In this document: positions 26,144 to 32,000 of the stretch, one piece after another | How positions within the stretch are numbered: position 1 is the first letter of the stretch | Layout of the letters: each line of letters opens with the position of its first letter | Assembly: GCA_964445645.1 (NCBI GenBank) | Contig: CAYULH010000014.1 | Location: forward strand, 23,871-55,870 | Direction: 5' to 3' | Source: an uncultured Aureispira sp. | GTDB lineage: Bacteria; Bacteroidota; Bacteroidia; Chitinophagales; Saprospiraceae | DNA length: 32,000 bases | Notes under the pieces: generated by a model | Seen by the model: the letters and a program-made list of their open reading frames with translations, nothing else | What the model was told of the DNA's origin: nothing | Database searches by the model: none | Made by a program: the position numbers and the translations under genes

Positions 26144-27247
26144 GTCTTCCTCCTCCTCCTTGGGGGGCTGTTCTTGTGGTTCCTCTTCGCCATAATCCAC
26201 CGTCAATTCGCAGGTGCTAAACAACAATCCCAAGGGTCGCAAGGCTGGAATATTGAGCAATAACACCGTCATAATTCCAAAAAGCGGCACGGCCAATATA
26301 ATTCCAGTCAGGCCCCAAATAGCATTACCAACAATAACCACCAAAACCGTAAAAAATGGATGCACCTTGACTCGGTCGCCCACCACAAACGGCTGCAAAA
26401 TATACCCTTCTACAAACTGTGCCACTCCAAAAGTGAGAATAATTCCAATAAGTACCGTGGTATCGCCCGAAGTGAGGTAGCCAAAGGCCATAGCCAAACC
26501 AAAACCCAAAATATTGCCTATATAAGGAATAAGTGTCAACAGGGCTGCAACCATACTAATTAGAATAAAATTATCCACCCCCGAAATGCCCAAACCAATG
26601 CTATACAAGACGGATAAGGCCGCCATCAAGGTCAAAATCCCTGTCAAATACTGTGGGGCAATGTCCGCACAAGCCGCAATAGTTTGGCGCAATGTCTCAT
26701 GCTTCTCCTTGGCAAAAATACGCAAAATAAACGTCCGAAAACGTGCCCTATAAATCAACAAAAAGAACACATAAATCATTACCAACACCCAATTGGCGAT
26801 AAAATCCCCAACAGAACCCACCCAACCAGCGACCACAGCACCGGGGTTAAATTCTGCACTCATCATATTATCAAAGGATGGGGTCATATCTCCTTCACTC
26901 AAGGGCGTTCGCTCGGCCAAGAACTGGCGCAACTGCAATACTTTGGGCTGCATGTTTTCCTTAATCACCGGCCATTTATCAACCAACACCTTGGATTGAT
27001 AGGCCATCAAAGAAGCAAAACCGATAGAGATACCAAAAATAACAAAGGTACTAATAAAGGCCGCCACCCCTCTTTGCACCCCCTTGCGCTCTAGCCACTT
27101 GGCAAAGGGCAACATCACCAAAGCCATCAAAATACCCATTGTAAATGGTATCAAAAAGGATTTAGCACCCAACAATGCCATTACCAAAAAATAACAGCCG
27201 ATAAAACTTATAATAATCCGCCCGTAAATTGTCCAACCTTGCTGCAT
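26114..27247 (-). CDS. AI-2E family transporter (PerM/UPF0118)
   Basis: Eight or so TM helices with typical 'IPYIGNILG', 'VAQFVEGYILQPFVVGDRVKVHPFFTVL' blocks and an acidic C-terminal tail. Its 3' end overlaps dacB by 30 nt (convergent). Confidence 0.85.
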   Translation of the reverse strand: MQQGWTIYGRIIISFIGCYFLVMALLGAKSFLIPFTMGILMALVMLPFAKWLERKGVQRGVAAFISTFVIFGISIGFASLMAYQSKVLVDKWPVIKENMQPKVLQLRQFLAERTPLSEGDMTPSFDNMMSAEFNPGAVVAGWVGSVGDFIANWVLVMIYVFFLLIYRARFRTFILRIFAKEKHETLRQTIAACADIAPQYLTGILTLMAALSVLYSIGLGISGVDNFILISMVAALLTLIPYIGNILGFGLAMAFGYLTSGDTTVLIGIILTFGVAQFVEGYILQPFVVGDRVKVHPFFTVLVVIVGNAIWGLTGIILAVPLFGIMTVLLLNIPALRPLGLLFSTCELTVDYGEEEPQEQPPKEEEEDLAGLGHGDE

Positions 27248-27298
27248 ATTCGTCTGGTTCTTTTTTTGATAATATTTGTAATAGCTGTTGGAGACAAT

Positions 27299-27656
27299 GC
27301 CCCTTGCCTATGGCTGTTAAGTTCTAAAAAAACTAATCTAAATGCTGCTGTAAAAACCCCGAAGGGCAGGGCTGTTAAGTTCTAGAAAATGCCTCCGAAT
27401 ATTGTTGAAAAAATCCCGAAGGGCAATCTTACTAATTGATACAGTGTATCAATTAATAAGATTGTTATAGTAATAATGCCTATAAAATGCCTTTAAATCC
27501 CGAAGGGATGTCATTATCACCTTGTAGGGGTAATAATATCACCCTTTCAGGGCAATTTAACAATTGATACACTGTATCAATCATTAAATCGTCCCTTCGG
27601 GATTTACAATTTGCAGTATCAACAATTAGAACTTAACAGCCCTGTCCCTTGCCCCC
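27299..27656. repeat. nested direct/inverted repeat cluster (MITE- or REP/BIME-like intergenic element)
   Basis: GGCTGTTAAGTTCTA occurs at 27312 and 27370, and inverted at 27627 (18-bp perfect inverted repeat, 27367..27384 versus 27627..27644). (A)ATCCCGAAGGG(A) occurs at 27357, 27414 and 27495, and inverted at 27592. Long palindromes lie at 27424..27464 and 27555..27589. CCCTTGCC is present at both ends. Confidence 0.75.
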
Positions 27657-27666
27657 AACAGTCTAT

Positions 27667-28875
27667 TTATTCGGCAGCAACATAATCTTGCAAATACTGA
27701 AAATGAGGGCCTAATGCCCCGTCTTTGGCAATGGTAGCACGCTCCAGCATCCCTGTATCTTTCAATCCCAACAATTCTTCAATAACATGCTCCGTAAACT
27801 GCTCGCCAAATGATTTGGACGCATCCTTAGGCAGCTCATTGGGCAAATTATCAATGGTCATCATATCTACGGTATGCGATTGGTAGGGGGCTACACTTGC
27901 CTTAGAAGCAGGATCATACCCAAACACAGGATTATCAATAGTAGTGGCATACAACGTAGATGGAATAGAGGCCACAGGCGCAATATCGCAGGTAACATCA
28001 GCAATCACCCGAATATTAAAATCCTCTTGCTGCATCTCCTCGGCCGTAAAAAAGGCAGGGGCTTCATTGGCCCAATAAATGCCATTCACCATCAAATCTG
28101 CCACCTTGGTATACGGTGCAAAAATAGATTTGAATCGGGCAGGATGCTCAAAAAATTCGGCCAAATCAAAAGCCTTGCCCTCTTCCTTGGGAGCTGCATA
28201 ATCCTTGCAATCCAACTGAGTATACACCGCCTCCTCATAGCTGTTGGCCAAAAATTCCTTGGGGCTTACTCTACGAATATTCATGTGTTCCAACACCTCT
28301 ACTGCCCCATTGGCTACACGGCCTGTGCCTGTCACCACAATTTTCATGGCTGGAAATTTCAAGGATTGGTAGTAAGCAATGGCGGCCGCATAGTCGTCAT
28401 ATTGGTGCATTTGCTCCAACTCATACGCTCCTGTACGATTGCCGTACGTCATCATACCATTGTGCGCCCCTACAATGCCCGCAAAACGCCCAAAAGCAAT
28501 TACTCGCTGATTTTTGGTATTGGTCAGCACCTCATAATCCATCAAGGTGATGTTTTTCTTTAGAATCTCTTGCAACAAAGCACGGTTATACGATTGCTTC
28601 TTGATGGTATGCGAGAAGAAAAAATAAGTTTTGTTGGGAATCAATTGCTCCTTAGGCACTTCCTTAATCCCCATCAATACCTCGCAATCGCTCAAATCCT
28701 CCTGCATCTTGACCCCTGCATTCTCATATTTATGATCAGGAATACAACGCCCCTTGGAGGGCTGTACCACCAATTCTAGCTCATATTGCTCTTGCAAAGC
28801 CACACATTGCTCGGGGGTAAACAATACCCGCGCATCTGGCGGCACCTTACCTTCTCTAATGATTCCTATTTTCAT
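27667..28875 (-). CDS. monofunctional lysine-ketoglutarate reductase / saccharopine dehydrogenase (L-lysine-forming)-like, AlaDH/PNT fold
   Basis: From memory it is colinear with the LKR half of animal AASS: 'QPSKGRCIPDHKYENAG', 'NKTYFFFSHTIKKQ', 'LLQEILKKNITLMDYE', 'RVIAFGRFAGIVG', the Rossmann motif 'VVTGTGRVANGA', 'APYTKVADLMVNGIYW' and 'TIDNLPNELP'. Confidence 0.75.
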   Translation of the reverse strand: MKIGIIREGKVPPDARVLFTPEQCVALQEQYELELVVQPSKGRCIPDHKYENAGVKMQEDLSDCEVLMGIKEVPKEQLIPNKTYFFFSHTIKKQSYNRALLQEILKKNITLMDYEVLTNTKNQRVIAFGRFAGIVGAHNGMMTYGNRTGAYELEQMHQYDDYAAAIAYYQSLKFPAMKIVVTGTGRVANGAVEVLEHMNIRRVSPKEFLANSYEEAVYTQLDCKDYAAPKEEGKAFDLAEFFEHPARFKSIFAPYTKVADLMVNGIYWANEAPAFFTAEEMQQEDFNIRVIADVTCDIAPVASIPSTLYATTIDNPVFGYDPASKASVAPYQSHTVDMMTIDNLPNELPKDASKSFGEQFTEHVIEELLGLKDTGMLERATIAKDGALGPHFQYLQDYVAAE

Positions 28876-29044
28876 GCTCTTCTTGTTTTTTTTAGGTAAT
28901 GTTCTAACACAGGGCTTTAGTTGCCTATAGGTAACTAATATTCAACATTCTTGCAAATTTTTAATGAAGTTGTTTAAAGATAGCTGGTAGAATTTTTTCA
29001 AAAAAAATAAACTTTCGGAAACTTTTATCTTGTCTAATTAGTTA

Positions 29045-29052
29045 TACCTTTG
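29045..29052 (+). promoter_or_regulatory. -7 box TACCTTTG (TAnnTTTG) about 200 nt upstream of tmRNA
   Basis: Exact consensus match. No protein-coding gene lies between it and ssrA. Confidence 0.4.
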
Positions 29053-29255
29053 TGCTGCTCCAAACGCAAGCTTTGGTGGCACTCTACTTACTAAGTAGGT
29101 GCAAAAAAGAAATTGTACAATAAAAAATGAGAGATTTTTTCTCAGATCGAGGCGGAAAACACAGTTTTAGCGGGCTAAAACGCGTATTTCCAACGATGAG
29201 CTGGGGAAAAAGAATCGTTTTTTAGTACGAGAGCTTTTTTAAGACTACTTCACAT

Positions 29256-29632
29256 GGGGCTGACTGGAATTGACAGCATAGAATGTTCTGTAAGTAAGCA
29301 TGTCGAGACAGGTGTGTTTATCTCGCAAATCATAATACATAACAACTTTGAAATGGCAATAACAACAGTTATGCTATGGCTGCCTAATTACAAATAATTA
29401 GACACCATTGTGGCTGGCGCTTGACACCTAATACACAGCGTCCCCCACATCATCAACTTTTAGGTTAGTTCGGCAAGCGTTTCTCCGTATTGTCTGGCGA
29501 ATGAAGAAGAGGATAGAGCCGTTATGCGTGTGTCAGCAGACCTGTAACGCCTCGAATTCTGACTGCTAACTAAACATGTAGAAAGCTTATGGATGCTTTG
29601 ACTGGACGAGAGTTCGAATCTCTCCAGCTCCA
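29256..29632 (+). ncRNA. ssrA: tmRNA (SsrA)
   Basis: The 5' GGGGCTGACTGGAATTGACAGC pairs with the 3' …GGACGAGAGTTCGAATCTCTCCAGCTCCA, forming a tRNA-Ala-like acceptor with a G3:U pair and a T-arm GAGAG-TTCGAAT-CTCTC. The internal tag ORF GGC AAT AAC AAC AGT TAT GCT ATG GCT GCC TAA (29355..29387) encodes GNNNSYAMAA*. Confidence 0.9.
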
Positions 29633-29645
29633 CACCATGAATAAA

Positions 29646-29675
29646 ACCAGCAATCTTGGATTGTTGGTTTTTTTT
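29646..29675 (+). terminator. rho-independent terminator after ssrA
   Basis: ACCAGCAATC-TTG-GATTGTTGGT stem (one G-U pair) followed by TTTTTTTT. Confidence 0.8.
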
Positions 29676-29778
29676 GGTTGCCCCTGCCCCTACAAGTCGA
29701 TAACCATCTCCCAAATGGTTAAGGGCTTGGTTTGTTTTTTATTGGAATAAAACGGCTCTTGTATACAATATATGACTG

Positions 29779-29786
29779 TAATTTTG
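29779..29786 (+). promoter_or_regulatory. -7 box TAATTTTG upstream of the ROCO gene
   Basis: Exact TAnnTTTG match, 64 nt upstream of the ATG at 29850. Confidence 0.4.
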
Positions 29787-29849
29787 TTACCTTAAAATTG
29801 GTATTTTAGTAGCTGTGCTGCTGTTTTTTGTAGTTTAATGTTTGTTGTT

Positions 29850-32000
29850 ATGTTTTATAGAAAAGCCCTTCGATTGATTAGAAAGAATAAAAGAACGAAG
29901 AATCCTGTTTTGGATTTGAGTAATTGTGGATTAAAAGAAATTCCTAAGGAGTTAGAGGAATTGGTACATTTAGAACAGCTTTACCTTGACCGTAACAACA
30001 TTCAGAACATTCAACCCATCGAAAAACTCCATAAGCTCCAAGTACTTTACCTTAACAGTAACAACATTCAGAACATTCAACCTATCCAAAAACTCCATAA
30101 CCTCCAAGTACTTTACCTTAGCCATAACAACATTCAGAACATTCAACCCATCGAAAATCTCCATAAGCTCCAACAGCTTTACCTTGGCGGTAACAACATT
30201 CAGAACATTCAACCCATCAAAAATCTACATAACCTTCAAGTACTTTACCTTAGCCATAACAACATTCAGAACATTCAACCCATCAAAAATCTACATAACC
30301 TCCAAAAACTTTACCTTGGCCATAACAACATTCAGAATATTCAAACCATCGAAAATCTACATAACCTCCAAGTACTTGACCTTCACAATAACAACATTCA
30401 GAACATTCAACCCATCGAAAATCTACATAAGCTCCAAGTACTTGACCTTAGCTATAGCAACATTCAGAACATTCAACCCATCAAAAATCTACATAACCTT
30501 CAAGAACTTTACCTTGCCTATAACAACATTCAGAACATTCAATCCATCGAAAATCTACATAAGCTTCAAAAACTTGGCCTTAGTCATAACAACATTCAGA
30601 ACATTCAATCCATCAAAAATCTACATAACCTTCAAAAACTTGACCTTCGCAGCACTAAGATTACGAGCCTCCAACCTTTGCTCCCTCATATCAGACGGGG
30701 ATTGCAGGTTCGTTTAAATACTTTTTTCCAAAAGGGAATAAATGTATTCAACACTCCCCTCCAATATCCCCCCATAGAAGTAGTAAAAGAAGGCAACCAA
30801 GCCATTCTCAATTACTTTGAGGAATTAGAAAACCAAGAAGAAAAACACATCTATGAGGCCAAGCTTCTACTAGTGGGCCAAGGAGGTGCAGGCAAAACCA
30901 GCTTGGCAGTCAAATTACAAGATGAAAATGCACCTCTACCACAAGAAGAAGACACCACTAAAGGTATTAAAATACACCAATTGCAGTTTTCTTGTCAGGA
31001 GGATAAGACGTTTACCTTGAATGTGTGGGATTTTGGAGGGCAGGAGATTTATCATGCGACCCACCAGTTTTTCTTGACCAAAAAATCCTTGTATATCCTC
31101 TTGGATGATACCCGTGTGGATGATAAAACCCTGAATGATGGGACGTTTAGATATTGGTTGGAGACGGTGGGTTTGTTTGGAGGGGGCAGTCCTTTGCTGA
31201 TTGTGCAGAATGAGAAGGGGGATAGAAGCAAGGATATTGATTTTGGTGGAATGCAAGCGCAGTTTCCTTTTTTGAAGGAGAAATTTACAGCCAATTTGGC
31301 GACCAATCGGGGGTTGGAGGCCATTCATCAGGCCATTCAGTATTACAGCCAACAACTGCCCCATATTGGGGATGCGCTGCCCCAAAATTGGTCTACGATT
31401 CGGACAGAATTATTGGAATTGCAAGCTAACAAAGCACATATTACCCTACAGGAGTATTATGCTATTTGTGCCAAGCATGGTATGACTGATAAGAAGAGGG
31501 CATTGCATTTGAGTGAGTATTTGCACAATTTGGGCAATTTTTTGCATTTTCAGCACGATAAGATTCTCAAAAACCTTGTTATTCTACAAAATAAATGGGC
31601 AACGGATGCGGTCTACAAAGTATTGGATTATGAGCCTATCAAAACCCAACAAGGCTATTTTGAGGAAAAGGATTTGGCTGCTATTTGGTCGGAGGCTATT
31701 TATGAAGACCATGTACATGAGTTGTTGCAGTTGATGCTCAAATTTGAGTTGTGTTATGAATTGTCCCAACAAGGAAAATATTTGATTCCTCAATTATTGC
31801 CTGCCAGTCGTCCCAATGATTTTGATTGGGATAATACGGATAACTTGCAAGTACATTACGCATACAAATTTATGCCCAGAGGCTTGTTGAGTCGCCTCAT
31901 TGTGCGGATGCACCACTATGTCAAGGACTTGCCCAAATGGAAAAATGGGGTGGTATTGACCAAAGATAAAACCCGTGCTTTTGTACAAGAAATTTATGGG
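29850..32000 (+). CDS. ROCO-family protein: LRR - Roc (Ras-like GTPase) - COR (3' end beyond right window edge)
   Basis: Absent from the ORF track because it is open at the edge. The frame is open from ATG 29850 (alternative ATG 29838) for 717 codons. It encodes about 11 LRRs of 22 aa (LxxLxLxxNNIQNIQPIxNLHx). Roc features: P-loop 'LLLVGQGGAGKTSL', G3 'WDFGGQEIY' and a G4-like 'IVQNEKGD'. COR-like features: 'LPQNWSTIRTELLEL', 'YLHNLGNFLHFQ', 'VILQNKWATDAVYKVLD' and 'LLQLMLKFELCYEL'. Confidence 0.85.
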   Translation, partial: MFYRKALRLIRKNKRTKNPVLDLSNCGLKEIPKELEELVHLEQLYLDRNNIQNIQPIEKLHKLQVLYLNSNNIQNIQPIQKLHNLQVLYLSHNNIQNIQPIENLHKLQQLYLGGNNIQNIQPIKNLHNLQVLYLSHNNIQNIQPIKNLHNLQKLYLGHNNIQNIQTIENLHNLQVLDLHNNNIQNIQPIENLHKLQVLDLSYSNIQNIQPIKNLHNLQELYLAYNNIQNIQSIENLHKLQKLGLSHNNIQNIQSIKNLHNLQKLDLRSTKITSLQPLLPHIRRGLQVRLNTFFQKGINVFNTPLQYPPIEVVKEGNQAILNYFEELENQEEKHIYEAKLLLVGQGGAGKTSLAVKLQDENAPLPQEEDTTKGIKIHQLQFSCQEDKTFTLNVWDFGGQEIYHATHQFFLTKKSLYILLDDTRVDDKTLNDGTFRYWLETVGLFGGGSPLLIVQNEKGDRSKDIDFGGMQAQFPFLKEKFTANLATNRGLEAIHQAIQYYSQQLPHIGDALPQNWSTIRTELLELQANKAHITLQEYYAICAKHGMTDKKRALHLSEYLHNLGNFLHFQHDKILKNLVILQNKWATDAVYKVLDYEPIKTQQGYFEEKDLAAIWSEAIYEDHVHELLQLMLKFELCYELSQQGKYLIPQLLPASRPNDFDWDNTDNLQVHYAYKFMPRGLLSRLIVRMHHYVKDLPKWKNGVVLTKDKTRAFVQEIYG
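29970..30629 (+). repeat. ten tandem 66-bp repeats (LRR-coding) with very high nucleotide identity
   Basis: Units start at 29970, 30036, 30102 … 30564. The core …AACAACATTCAGAACATTCAACCCATC(G/A)AAAATCT(A/C)CATAA(C/G)CT(C/T)CAA… recurs almost unchanged. The repeat creates long spurious ORFs in other frames and on the other strand. Confidence 0.9.

Noticed and set aside
27874-28779. Plus-strand ORFs 27874..28563 and 28570..28779
   Set aside because: They are antisense to the LKR-like gene, which shows extensive block homology to known enzymes.
29460-29714. 84-aa minus-strand ORF
   Set aside because: It lies entirely over the 3' half of tmRNA and its terminator, so the RNA gene explains the region.
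29970-30717. ORFs 29986..30717 (+) and 29970..30212 (-), and the possibility that the 66-bp periodic array is a CRISPR or non-coding satellite
   Set aside because: The periodicity is explained by 22-aa leucine-rich repeats in the frame starting at 29850. There are no unique spacers, since the units are contiguous. The listed ORFs are off-frame or antisense readings of the same repeat (…TTFRTFNPSK… reiterated).
30936-31988. Minus- and plus-strand ORFs 30936..31385, 31052..31324, 31513..31734, 31584..31793 and 31794..31988
   Set aside because: All overlap the continuous Roc-COR reading frame, which has clear GTPase motifs; these are shadow ORFs.

Overview
This looks like a chromosomal segment from a Bacteroidota-type bacterium. 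Supporting signs are TAnnTTTG -7 promoter boxes, many lipoprotein signal peptides, outer-membrane barrels ending in aromatic residues, and a GGGP-synthase homologue. Most of it is housekeeping: MscS channel, methyltransferase, PAP2 phosphatase, rhodanese, glutathione peroxidase, ECF sigma factor, tsaE, tRNA-Gln(UUG), HU, lysA, PBP4/dacB, an AI-2E transporter and tmRNA. Two real genes run off the window edges and are therefore missing from the supplied ORF track. One is an ATP-grasp-like gene on the minus strand (1..1375). The other is a large LRR-Roc-COR (ROCO) GTPase gene on the plus strand (29850..32000) directly downstream of tmRNA. Five loci deserve a second look. (1) 16.6-22.9 kb holds an MbnP-like lipoprotein followed by two tandem paralogous di-haem MbnH/CCP-like peroxidases, then a cyclophilin. 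Opposite these sits a minus-strand set of a Cys-motif membrane protein, an OM beta-barrel and a very His/Met-rich lipoprotein; together this suggests a copper or other metal handling locus. (2) The lysA leader has a terminator/anti-terminator pair overlapping a 43-codon Lys-cluster mini-ORF. (3) A roughly 360 bp nested direct/inverted repeat cluster lies at 27.3-27.65 kb. (4) The ROCO gene has ten near-identical 66-bp LRR-coding repeats. (5) A GNAT-like plus HTH gene pair lies at 8.8-10.0 kb. All calls rest on by-eye translation and motif recognition; no database search or folding program was run.
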